NCBI GenBank assembly: GCA_900552675.1
Contig: USAI01000001.1
Location: forward strand, 1 to 55,601
Direction of reading: 5' to 3'
From: an uncultured Prevotella sp.
Lineage (GTDB): Bacteria > Bacteroidota > Bacteroidia > Bacteroidales > Bacteroidaceae
Length of the DNA stretch: 55,601 bases
The notes beneath the pieces were generated by a model, which saw nothing but the letters and a program-made list of their open reading frames with translations, ran no database searches and was not told where the DNA came from. Positions within the stretch are counted from its first letter, which is position 1. Every line of letters begins with the position of its first letter. The translations under genes and the position numbers were made by a program. Shown piece after piece: positions 18,847-27,872 of the stretch.

Positions 18847-20337
18847 TTACTTTTGGCTCTCAATAACGGGCATGATGGGTGTGCCTATGCAGGCGTTGGG
18901 CTGCTGTATGTTCAGCAGAGCGCATACGGTGGGAGCCATATCGGTGATGTGGGTGCGCTGCTTGGTTGAGCCATGACCAATGTGCCATCCCATGAACAGC
19001 AAGGGTATGTGAGCGTCGTAGGGGTTCCATGCGCCGTGTGTGGTGCCTTTATAGTCGGGACCCACCTTCCATGAGAAGACTTGCGGGTTTGTTATCACCA
19101 TGATTTGTCCTGTGCGGGTGCGGTGATAGCCATTGATGGTCATCTCGCGCAGCACCTCAGGCATTGATGTGGTGGCGGCCTTGTCGAGGTCAACCACGAA
19201 GGCCAGCTCATCGTTCTCCTTCAGTATGTCGACGATAGCATCTTTCACAGCCTGGAAGTCGAGGTTGTTAGCCTTTACAAAGTCGCGGTTTACGTAGATG
19301 TAGAAGCCCGAGGTGTCGAGAATATACTTGCCCTCAACGCCAAACTTCTTTGCCAGACGCTCTTCTACACGTTTCATCTCGGCTGCGCTATCCCATCCGT
19401 CGGCGGGCACGCCATGAGCCTTCATCAGGTTGGGGTTGTGTGCGCCACCGTGGTCGGCGGTCAGCACCACGAGATAGTTGCCTTTGCCCACCTCTTGGTC
19501 AAGGGTGGTAAGGAAGTGTGCCAGCGCCTTATCGGTTTGCATATACACGTTATAGTTGTCTTCGCCACGTGTGCCTACGGCGTGTCCTATGGCGTCGGTG
19601 CTTGAGATGCTCACGCACAGCATATCGGTAACCTCGTCTTTACCCATCTGCTCGTTCTTTACGGCAGCCTCGGCCAGGCTAAAGGTTTGTGTGGCGCCCT
19701 CGGGCAGCATGATAAGGTTGGTGCCAGGCTTAATCTTGCTGTTTTTGTTGAAAGCAACCATCCAACTGGGCAACTTATCCATATAATATGAGCTGGTGAT
19801 GAAGCGGCCCGTCTTCTGGTCATACCAGTAGGCGGCATCGGCGCAGTGGCCAGCGGGCAGAATTGAGGCACGGTCTTTGATAGAGACGCCTATCACCTTG
19901 CTCTTGAAGTCGGTGGCCACCTTCAGCTCGTCGCCAATGGTGGTAGCCAGCAGGTTGTGGGGTGAACGCTCGCCAACGCTACCTTCTGAACCTACGTTCT
20001 TCACGCTGTGGTCTTCGCACGACGATACCTTTTTGCCATTGATGTAAAAGTCGTTGCCAGTAATGCCGTGCAAGGCGGGCACCGAGCCAGTATAGTTGCT
20101 GCTGTGTCCGATGGCGGTGACGGTGGGCAGATAGTTAATCATCTGGTTGTCGCAGCTGAAGCCTTCGTTCATCAAACGCTTGAAGCCGCCCTCGCCAAAC
20201 TGGTTATAATAATAGGTGAGATAGTCCCAACGCATCTGGTCGATGATGATGCCCACCACCAGCTTGGGGCGCTGCACTTGTGCTCCTGCCATCAATGCGA
20301 TGAAACAGAAGAGCACGGTAAGAAAATGCTTTTTCAT
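18847..20337 (-). CDS. pafA: Alkaline phosphatase PafA family
   Basis: RPKLVVGIIIDQMRWDYL, PTVTAIGH (Thr nucleophile), SIKDRASILPAGH, TADHG, TTHG. Confidence 0.92.
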   Translation of the reverse strand: MKKHFLTVLFCFIALMAGAQVQRPKLVVGIIIDQMRWDYLTYYYNQFGEGGFKRLMNEGFSCDNQMINYLPTVTAIGHSSNYTGSVPALHGITGNDFYINGKKVSSCEDHSVKNVGSEGSVGERSPHNLLATTIGDELKVATDFKSKVIGVSIKDRASILPAGHCADAAYWYDQKTGRFITSSYYMDKLPSWMVAFNKNSKIKPGTNLIMLPEGATQTFSLAEAAVKNEQMGKDEVTDMLCVSISSTDAIGHAVGTRGEDNYNVYMQTDKALAHFLTTLDQEVGKGNYLVVLTADHGGAHNPNLMKAHGVPADGWDSAAEMKRVEERLAKKFGVEGKYILDTSGFYIYVNRDFVKANNLDFQAVKDAIVDILKENDELAFVVDLDKAATTSMPEVLREMTINGYHRTRTGQIMVITNPQVFSWKVGPDYKGTTHGAWNPYDAHIPLLFMGWHIGHGSTKQRTHITDMAPTVCALLNIQQPNACIGTPIMPVIESQK

Positions 20338-20429
20338 TTGTTCTATTGTTTTTGGTTTCTGTCTTTTAGTATAATGTTTTATCTGTTCTTAATGTTGTGT
20401 GACGTTTAGGCTATGTTGCCAAGCCAAGG

Positions 20430-20439
20430 CAAAGTTACA
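20430..20439 (-). promoter_or_regulatory. -7 promoter box (TAACTTTG) for pafA and the trcP-like gene
   Basis: caaagtta on the plus strand about 95 nt upstream of the pafA ATG. Confidence 0.6.
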
Positions 20440-20510
20440 AATAATATTTGTAATATGTTTGTACCAAGTATAAGGATATGCTTCTTTTTGACCTTTTTGC
20501 AAGCTTTTTC

Positions 20511-20629
20511 ACACTTTTCTAGGGGAACTTTCCCATGTTTCCTACACTTTTCTAGGGGAACTTTTTCATGTTTCCTACACTTTTCTAGGGGAACTTTCCT
20601 ATGTTTCCTACATTTTTCTAGGGGAACTT
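20511..20629. repeat. 3.6 x 33-bp tandem repeat ACACTTTTCTAGGGGAACTTTNNNATGTTTCCT
   Basis: Units start at 20511, 20544, 20577 and 20610. Confidence 0.92.
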
Positions 20630-20676
20630 GCCCCAAGCACACCTTTTTTGTTTGTATAAAAGCCGAAAGGTGGGGT

Positions 20677-20880
20677 GCTGGAGAACAGGGCACGGAGGCC
20701 CTTGTTCTACTATGGTTCGCATGGCAATCTTTAGTAGGACGGTGGCCTCCGTGCCCCGTCCTCCAGCAAGCAACGTAATCTATCCTCCAGCACCCCAACA
20801 TAATCCATCTTCCATCCTAAAAAATATTAATAAACTGTGGGTTGCTGGAGGACGGGGCACGGAGACCACCGTCCTACTAT
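20677..20880. repeat. GTAG-type REP-like hairpin cluster (family C), three copies
   Basis: GTAGGACGGTGGCCTCCGTGCCCCGTCCTCC and variants at 20680-20710(-), 20734-20764(+) and 20847-20877(-). Confidence 0.88.
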
Positions 20881-21061
20881 GATTAGCAAAGCTTCGTAGT
20901 ATTTTGGGATGGCAAATTAAAGTCTCCTGTTCGCCCACACAAGGGCGAAAACGCTGTTGCGTGATAAAAAGATGGGGGTTTTGTTTTGTGTTGTCGTCAA
21001 AAAGTCGTAATTTTGGCCAAAAGGTTTTCCGATTGTAAACGCAAGTAAAAGCATTACTACT

Positions 21062-21760
21062 ATGAACGAAAAGGATAAAAAGATTACACAAGAAAACTTT
21101 GAGTCGACCTATGAGGACGAGATAGAAGTGGCTCGCATAGATAAGTTTGTGTGCGATGAAATGGCCCGCCAGATACACCGTTATATCAAGGCCATGAAGG
21201 GCAGCAAGCATATCATGTTGAAGTTTGAAGAGAGCATAGCCCCCCTGTCGGTGGCTGAGAAAGAAGAGGTGATAGCCAAATATATCGACTTGAACCGCAA
21301 GGCCATCAGTGGTCTCGACTTTAAGATAGTGTTGGCGCGCGCTATGGCCAACTATTGCGACACCTTTGCCTATCTTGTGCATTTGGTGAACGACAAGCGC
21401 CGCATGGTGTTTTACCTTAACCGTATAAAAGACAAATACTTACAGTTTCATGAGGTGTTTGAAGAAGACGGCCACTTTGGCATGAAAGACTACAAAGGGC
21501 GCGTGCTCATTACGCCACGTTACGACTTCTTGCGCACCTGTTACGTGTATGTTGACGACCTAAAGTCGCTGCCAGTCATCGCACAGAAAGAGGGCAAGAT
21601 GGGATTGATTATGCCCGACGGCTTCGATACCGTGGTGGCCGACTTCCTGTACGACGACATTTCTCTGCGCGACGAGTATCCTTACTTTGAGGCTGTGAAA
21701 GAGGGCCAAGAGGGATACATCGACAGTGAGGGCCGTTTTATAGGCAAGGTTCAGCAGTAA
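21062..21760 (+). CDS. Hypothetical protein: helical N-domain plus C-terminal WG-repeat-like units
   Basis: Clean ORF with typical codon usage; GHFGMKDYKGRVLITPRYD, GKMGLIMPDG and GQEGYIDSEGRF units. Confidence 0.8.
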   Translation: MNEKDKKITQENFESTYEDEIEVARIDKFVCDEMARQIHRYIKAMKGSKHIMLKFEESIAPLSVAEKEEVIAKYIDLNRKAISGLDFKIVLARAMANYCDTFAYLVHLVNDKRRMVFYLNRIKDKYLQFHEVFEEDGHFGMKDYKGRVLITPRYDFLRTCYVYVDDLKSLPVIAQKEGKMGLIMPDGFDTVVADFLYDDISLRDEYPYFEAVKEGQEGYIDSEGRFIGKVQQ

Positions 21761-21765
21761 AACAC

Positions 21766-22485
21766 CTATGCGTTGCTTGCTGAGCCATCTTCATGCAGCA
21801 GCGCTACGAGTCGACGCATACCCTCGCTGGCTCCTGCCTTGATGTGCGTAACGCCATGCAGATGGCTGCCCGTCATGGGGTCAGGGTCGATGAGGTAGAG
21901 GGGTGTGCCGCGCCGTGCATATTGCACCAGTCCAGCCGCGGGATATACGTTGAGCGATGTGCCAATGATAACCAGCGCGTCGGCCTGCATCACGGCCTCG
22001 GCAGCCACCGATATCATGGGCACGCTCTCGCCAAAGAACACGATGAAGGGCCTGAGCAGCGACCCATCGCCCGCCTTGGTGCCTGGCGCTACGGTGCAGT
22101 GGTCGGGGTCGAGCTCTTGCTGATAGCGTGGGTCGTCGGGGTCTCGGCTCGAGCACACCTTGCTCAGTTCGCCATGCAGGTGTATCACGTGGCTGCTGCC
22201 CGCCTTTTCGTGCAGGTTATCAACATTTTGTGTGATAACCGTTACGCTATATTCTTTTTCCAGTGCTTTTATTAGTTTGTGGCCCTCGTTGGGCTGTGCG
22301 GCATACAGCTTGGCGCGCAGCATGTTATAGAAGCGGGTCACCAGGTCGGGGTCGGCCAGCCATCCTTCGTGTGTGGCCACTTGTTCTACGGGGTAGTTTT
22401 CCCACAACCCATCGTTTCCGCGGAAGGTTTTAAAACCACTTTCTACCGACATTCCGGCTCCTGTAAGAAACACTAAATTCTTCAT
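21766..22485 (-). CDS. cobB: NAD-dependent protein deacylase (Sir2/CobB)
   Basis: TGAGMSVESG.KTFR, ITQNVDNLHEKAG, HLHG, LRP.IVFFGE, IGTSLNVYPAA. Confidence 0.93.
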   Translation of the reverse strand: MKNLVFLTGAGMSVESGFKTFRGNDGLWENYPVEQVATHEGWLADPDLVTRFYNMLRAKLYAAQPNEGHKLIKALEKEYSVTVITQNVDNLHEKAGSSHVIHLHGELSKVCSSRDPDDPRYQQELDPDHCTVAPGTKAGDGSLLRPFIVFFGESVPMISVAAEAVMQADALVIIGTSLNVYPAAGLVQYARRGTPLYLIDPDPMTGSHLHGVTHIKAGASEGMRRLVALLHEDGSASNA

Positions 22486-22691
22486 TTTACGTTCTCCTCC
22501 TAATTTTTGTGTTTACATGTATAATGGTTATAATGCTTTGCACCTCTTGGGCTTAGCAAAGCCAAAAACGTGCTAAACTATGCAAAAATAATGTTTTTTC
22601 TATACATAAGGTGGCATTGTTCAGGAAAATTCAGTATTTTTGCACCGTTTTTGAAGATACACAATAATATTATAACATATAAATAGAAGAC

Positions 22692-23297
22692 ATGGACAAA
22701 TTAAGTTACGCTTTGGGTCTGGGCATTGGTCATCAGCTGTCGCAGATGGGTGCCGAGAACCTCAACATCGACGATTTCGCACAAGCCATTAAAGACGTGA
22801 TAGCAGGAAATGAGCCGAAGGTGAGCAACACCGAAGCGCAAACCATCGTACAAGAGTTCTTCCAGAAGCAGGAAGAGAAACAGCGTGCTGCTGCCGCCGA
22901 GCGCTTTAAGGGCACACGCGAGGAAGGCGAGAAGTATCTTGCCGAGAACGCAAAGAAAGACGGCGTGGTAACCCTGCCCAGCGGTCTGCAATATCAGGTG
23001 CTGAAAGAGGGCAACGGCCGCAAGCCGAAGGCTACCGACACCGTGAAGTGTCACTATGAGGGCATGCTGGTTGACGGCACCATGTTTGATAGCTCAATAC
23101 AGCGTGGCGAGCCCGCCGAGTTCCCCCTGAACGGTGTTATTCGTGGCTGGACCGAGGGTCTGCAGCTCATGCAAGAGGGCGCTAAGTATCGCTTCTTCAT
23201 TCCCTACCACCTGGGTTATGGCGAGCAGGGTGCTGGTGCCGCTATTCCTCCCTTCGCAGCCCTCATCTTCGATGTAGAGCTTATTGAAGTAAAGTAA
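22692..23297 (+). CDS. fklB: FKBP-type peptidyl-prolyl isomerase (FklB-like)
   Basis: SYALG N-domain, LPSGLQY, HYEG.LVDGT.FDSS, VIRGWTEGLQLM. Confidence 0.92.
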   Translation: MDKLSYALGLGIGHQLSQMGAENLNIDDFAQAIKDVIAGNEPKVSNTEAQTIVQEFFQKQEEKQRAAAAERFKGTREEGEKYLAENAKKDGVVTLPSGLQYQVLKEGNGRKPKATDTVKCHYEGMLVDGTMFDSSIQRGEPAEFPLNGVIRGWTEGLQLMQEGAKYRFFIPYHLGYGEQGAGAAIPPFAALIFDVELIEVK

Positions 23298-23336
23298 AAA
23301 CAATAAACTGAAAATTTTATTACACAAATAATCACA

Positions 23337-24203
23337 ATGAAGAAATTATTTTTCGCAGTTGCTATGGCTGCAATGATTGCTGGCATCACATCGTGCGGCA
23401 ATTCTACCCCCAAACCTTCGCTTAAAAACGATGTCGACACCCTGAGCTATGCTATGGGTCTGGCTCAGACACAGGGTCTGAGAGAGTATCTTGTACAGAT
23501 GGACGTTGACACCGCATATATCGACGCCTTTGTAAAGGGCCTGAACGACGGTGCCAACGCTGGCGACGACAAGAAGAAGGCTGCCTACTTCCTCGGCATC
23601 AACATCGGTCAGCAGATTTCTAACCGTATGGTGAAGGGCATCAACCACGAGATCTTTGGCGAAGATTCTACCAAGACCATCTCGCTGAAAAACTTTATGG
23701 CTGGCTTCATCACTGGCGCCACAAACAAGAAGGGCCTCATGACTGTTGAGCAGGCCGGACAGCTGGCTCAGAAGAAGATGATGGATATCAAGGCCAAAAA
23801 CATGGAAAAGACGTATGGCAACAACAAGAAGGCTGGCGAAAAATTTATGCAGGAAAACGCTAAGAAGCCCGGTGTAAAGACTCTGCCCAGCGGCGTGCAG
23901 TATAAGGTTATTAAAGAGGGCACCGGCGCTCTGCCTAAAGATACCTCAATGGTGACCGTAAACTATGAGGGCCGCACCATCGATGGCAAGGTGTTTGATA
24001 GCAGCTACAAGCGCAATCAGCCCGCCGAGATGCGCGCTAACCAGGTAATCAAGGGTTGGACCGAGGCACTGGTTCGCATGCCCGCAGGCTCTGTATGGGA
24101 GGTTTACATTCCTCAGAACCTGGCTTACGGCGAGCGCGAGGCAGGCGAAATTAAGCCCTTCTCAGCTCTGATCTTCAAGATTGAACTGCTCAAAGTAAAA
24201 TAA
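23337..24203 (+). CDS. FKBP-type PPIase lipoprotein (FkpA/Mip-like)
   Basis: Lipobox ITSC; duplicated FKBP_N-like region; YEGRTIDGKVFDSS, VIKGWTEAL. Confidence 0.92.
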   Translation: MKKLFFAVAMAAMIAGITSCGNSTPKPSLKNDVDTLSYAMGLAQTQGLREYLVQMDVDTAYIDAFVKGLNDGANAGDDKKKAAYFLGINIGQQISNRMVKGINHEIFGEDSTKTISLKNFMAGFITGATNKKGLMTVEQAGQLAQKKMMDIKAKNMEKTYGNNKKAGEKFMQENAKKPGVKTLPSGVQYKVIKEGTGALPKDTSMVTVNYEGRTIDGKVFDSSYKRNQPAEMRANQVIKGWTEALVRMPAGSVWEVYIPQNLAYGEREAGEIKPFSALIFKIELLKVK

Positions 24204-24210
24204 GTTTTTA

Positions 24211-24325
24211 AGTTGACCCGTGACGAGCTGACCAGTTGCTACCAAAGGTTATCAATAAATGTATTGAACCCTGAAAGCAACAAAGCAAACAGCTTGTCAA
24301 CTCGTCACTCGTCAACTCGTCAACT
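24211..24325. repeat. GTTGACGA-type inverted repeat element
   Basis: 24211-24238 matches the reverse complement of 24290-24317 at 23/28. Confidence 0.7.
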
Positions 24326-24397
24326 ATAAAAAGAGTGGCATCGAGAGCAGGCATAAGGCCAGCCACGGTGCCACTTTCGTTTTAACACTAAGATAAG

Positions 24398-25408
24398 ATG
24401 AAAAAGATAATCTTGATGGCCGCCATCATCGTGGCCAGCACAGCGCTCTACGCAGCGCCTTCAAAAAAGAAGAAAAAAGAGGTTGCTGCCGCAAAGGTAG
24501 AAAAACCCGTTGAACTGATCTCGGCCTCTGACTCGCTGAGCTATGCCGCAGGAAAATTTATGTCGCGCGGACTGCTTGAATATCTGCAGCGCAACCTGCA
24601 GGTAGACACCGCTTACCTGGCCGACTTTATCACTGGTTTCCGCGAGGCAATGGAGAAAACTGGCGACCCCAAATATACCGCTATGAACGCAGGACGCACC
24701 ATCGCACAGCAGGTTGACAAGCAAATGCTGCCCACCGTGCAGAAGCAGTTTGAGGGCACCGAGCACACCATCGACGCACGTCTGTTGCACGAGGGCTTCA
24801 TCTCGGGCGTATTGGCCGACACCACCATCATGACCGAGCCACACGCCGTAACCTTGTTTAAAACCACCAGCGAGGCCGACGAAAAGAAGAAAAACGAGGC
24901 TTACAAAACCGCTAACGAGGCTTGGCTGAACGAAAACAAAACAAAAGAGGGCGTACAGACACTGCCCAGCGGACTGCAATATAAGGTGCTGACCACAGGC
25001 AATGGCAAGGTGGCCAAGGCCGACGATATGGTGACCGTGAAATATGAGGGCAAACTGATTGACGGCACCGTGTTTGACAGCAGCTATAAACGTAACCCGC
25101 AAACCACCGAGTTCCGCCCTAACCAGGTAATAAAGGGCTGGACCGAGGCGCTGTGCATGATGCCCGAAGGCAGCAAGTGGGAACTGTATATACCGCAAGA
25201 ACTGGGCTACGGAGCACGTGGCGCGGGTCAGCAAATCAAACCTTTCTCTACCCTTATCTTCACGGTTGAGGTGGTAAAGGTGCAAGAGGCTGAGAAGAAG
25301 GAAGAGGCCGCTGAAAAGGCTAAACCCGCCACTCCTGCTAAGAAATCGGCTGCCAAGAAATCGGCTGCCAAGAAATCTGCTAAGAAAAAGGTGACGAGAA
25401 AGAAATAA
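24398..25408 (+). CDS. FKBP-type PPIase with Lys/Ala-rich C-terminal tail
   Basis: Signal peptide, FKBP_C motifs, tail AKKSAAKKSAAKKSAKKK. Confidence 0.9.
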   Translation: MKKIILMAAIIVASTALYAAPSKKKKKEVAAAKVEKPVELISASDSLSYAAGKFMSRGLLEYLQRNLQVDTAYLADFITGFREAMEKTGDPKYTAMNAGRTIAQQVDKQMLPTVQKQFEGTEHTIDARLLHEGFISGVLADTTIMTEPHAVTLFKTTSEADEKKKNEAYKTANEAWLNENKTKEGVQTLPSGLQYKVLTTGNGKVAKADDMVTVKYEGKLIDGTVFDSSYKRNPQTTEFRPNQVIKGWTEALCMMPEGSKWELYIPQELGYGARGAGQQIKPFSTLIFTVEVVKVQEAEKKEEAAEKAKPATPAKKSAAKKSAAKKSAKKKVTRKK

Positions 25409-25445
25409 TCCATCCCCGTCCTAAAACATATTAATAAACGGTGGG

Positions 25446-25539
25446 TTGCTGGAGAACAGGGCACAGAGACCCTGTTCTACTATGATTAGCATGGCAAACT
25501 TCAGTAGGACGGTGGTCTCCGTGCCCCGTCCTCCAGCAA
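25446..25539. repeat. Inverted pair of family C REP-like hairpins
   Basis: 25451-25480(-) and 25504-25534(+); upstream flank homologous to 20801-20850. Confidence 0.88.
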
Positions 25540-25643
25540 GCAGCGTGCTCCATCCTCCAACGTAACGAACCATTTTATAATAAAAACATTTTTTGGTTCT
25601 CATTTCTGCATATTTATGCAAGATGGGGAGCGTGTTGCAATAC

Positions 25644-25892
25644 CCATCAAATTACGGACTGAAAGCCTTGGTTTCGCATCCTGAAACCAAGGCTTTTAGC
25701 GTCTGAAACCCTTGGTTTTAGGGCCTGAAACCCATGCTTTCTCAAATCAGTAGTATCAATAAAATTTTCTGTAAGCAAACCCCTTGCTTTTACTTACAGA
25801 TTATCACAAAATTAAGAAATGTTTAGTTAAAAACGGGCTCTCGCCCACATTGTATATTTATACAAAAACAGTGTGCCTTTGCATATTTATAC
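25644..25892. repeat. Dispersed non-coding element (family D), copy 1, with 4 x 22-bp units
   Basis: Collinear with 45704-45952; units start at 25660, 25682, 25704 and 25726. Confidence 0.85.
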
Positions 25893-25980
25893 ATTTTTCG
25901 TCTGCCCTTTGTGTATTTATAAATCGAAAATATTCTCATTCATATTTCGCTCAACGAAATAATAATCAAAGTTTCGGCAT

Positions 25981-26346
25981 GGAGGACGGGGCACGGAGGC
26001 CACCGTCCTACTATTTTTTGCACACACCTTAGCCCTCCGGAGACCCTGTTCTACTATAGTTAGCGAGGCAAATCAAAGTAGGACGGTGGCCTCCGTGCCA
26101 CGTCCTCCATCAGCCAACGTTTCTCGTCTTCCAGCAATTGACATAGGTCCTCTCAGGGAGGACGGGGCGCGGAGACCCTCGTCCTACTATGATATCCCTT
26201 GCTTGCCTCACTATATTGTCACTTGCTTGCATGTCCCCCTCCTTAGTAGGACGGTGGCCTCCGTGCCCCGTCCTCCAACACCCAACGCATCTCGTCCTCC
26301 GACACCCAACGTATCTCGTCCTCCATCGCCTTCTGCGCCCCGTCCT
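25981..26346. repeat. Family C REP-like cluster (four full copies, one partial, degenerate 24-bp tandem tail)
   Basis: 25981-26011(-), partial 26038-26054(-), 26078-26108(+), 26157-26187(-), 26246-26276(+). Confidence 0.88.
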
Positions 26347-26553
26347 CTCATCTTCCTTCATCGCCCTCTCTTGTTAACGAATATTAAAAACCAATGGCTA
26401 AGGGTAATAAATGTTTGAAAGGTATGGCGCACCGATGTTTTTTTTTTATTTTTGTGTGGTAATGTGAAATGCATCTGTGAGACAATGCATGATACGCAAA
26501 GAAAAAACTCACATAATATATTAACTTATTAACAAAAAACTTCAATTTTTATT

Positions 26554-26799
26554 ATGGCAACATCATTCTTACTCATCGGAGGCTTGGGCACTCCTGAACT
26601 CCTCGTCATCTTACTGGTTGTATTGCTGCTCTTCGGTGGCAAGAAAATTCCTGAACTGATGAAGGGCTTGGGCAAAGGCGTGAAAAACTTTAAAGAGGGC
26701 GTAAACGGTATTGAAGAAGAAATAAACCGCGAACCCACAAAACCCTCAAACAACGCTCAGCAAAGAAAAAATTCACCCGAAATGCCCGATGAGAAATAA
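26554..26799 (+). CDS. tatA: Twin-arginine translocase TatA/TatE
   Basis: [36 protein letters not shown]. Confidence 0.95.
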   Translation: MATSFLLIGGLGTPELLVILLVVLLLFGGKKIPELMKGLGKGVKNFKEGVNGIEEEINREPTKPSNNAQQRKNSPEMPDEK

Positions 26800-27841
26800 T
26801 AACCTCGATCACCCAAATAACGAGCAATACAACAACGAGCAAGAAGCTGAAAATCAACAGTATTCAGACGAACAATATTCGGATGAACAGTATTCGGATG
26901 AGCAATATTCGGATGAGCAGTATTCGGATAGTGAGCCCTATTCTGACAATGAACAGGAGGCTGACGACGAGCAAAAGGCTGACGATGAACAGGAGCCAAT
27001 GTCGTTTTGGGACCACTTAGAGGCCTTTCGCTGGATGCTCATACGCATCATTGGCGCCATGGCCGTGTTTGTGCTTGGTGGCTTCGCCTTCATACCGTGG
27101 CTGTTTCAGCATGTGGTGATGGCGCCCAGCAAGCCCGACTTCTTCTTATATCGCTGGATGAAAACGGCGGCGGGATGGGTGTCGGTGGTGCCCGATGACT
27201 TGTTGCAACCTTTTCATGTCGACATCATCAACATTAACCTCTCGTCGCAGTTCTTTCTGCATATGTCGCTGTCGGTATGGGTGGCATTGCTGCTGGCGTT
27301 TCCATACATCGTGTTCGAGGTATGGCGCTTTGTGTGCCCTGCGCTGTATAAGAACGAGCAACGTGGCGTGCGCTTCGTCTTCGTCTTTGGCACCGTGATG
27401 TTTTTCATGGGCTGCTGCGTGGGCTATAGCGTGGTGTTTCCGCTCACGCTCAGGTTCTTGTATAGCTATCAAATTAGTCCGGAAATTACCAATCAGCTGT
27501 CGCTCGACTCGTATATGAACAATTTTCTCATGCTCACCTTCATGATGGGCATCATCTTCGAACTGCCGCTGGTGTGCATGGGAATATCAAAAATCGGACT
27601 GCTGAACCGCAGCTTCTTCTCGCGCTATAGGCGACATGCCGTTGTGGCGCTGCTCGTCTTGGCGGCCTTTATCACGCCCTCGGCCGACCCCTTCACGCTC
27701 ATGTCGGTGTTTATACCGCTGTATGTGCTGTGGGAACTGAGCGCCTTCCTGGTGAAACCTGCGCCGAAGGTGGAAGAGGAGGATCCGCTGAGCGAGGCCG
27801 AAGCAAATGGCGACTTTAGCGCGCACGGCGATAGCTTGTAA
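26789..27841 (+). CDS. tatC: Twin-arginine translocase TatC with acidic repetitive N-terminal extension
   Basis: [30 protein letters not shown]; the true start could instead be the ATG of MSFWDH near 26999. Confidence 0.93.
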   Translation: MRNNNLDHPNNEQYNNEQEAENQQYSDEQYSDEQYSDEQYSDEQYSDSEPYSDNEQEADDEQKADDEQEPMSFWDHLEAFRWMLIRIIGAMAVFVLGGFAFIPWLFQHVVMAPSKPDFFLYRWMKTAAGWVSVVPDDLLQPFHVDIININLSSQFFLHMSLSVWVALLLAFPYIVFEVWRFVCPALYKNEQRGVRFVFVFGTVMFFMGCCVGYSVVFPLTLRFLYSYQISPEITNQLSLDSYMNNFLMLTFMMGIIFELPLVCMGISKIGLLNRSFFSRYRRHAVVALLVLAAFITPSADPFTLMSVFIPLYVLWELSAFLVKPAPKVEEEDPLSEAEANGDFSAHGDSL

Positions 27842-27872
27842 GAGGCATTGCCCCCAAAAAATAAAATATTGT

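Noticed and set aside
20511..20629. CRISPR array
   Set aside because: Units are contiguous with only about 3 variable nt; there are no unique spacers and no cas genes
20406..20801. Repetitive ORFs on both strands (also 26086-26418, 45351-45542, 46138-46341 and 13493-13678)
   Set aside because: Translations of tandem or REP-like repeats whose periods are multiples of three; no independent coding evidence
21766..22485. Sir2 anti-phage effector
   Set aside because: Stand-alone 239-aa classical CobB deacylase with no defence partners nearby
25660..25747. Mini-CRISPR in the 22-bp units (also 45720-45807)
   Set aside because: The total period is 22 bp, the units are degenerate and there are no spacer-length unique segments
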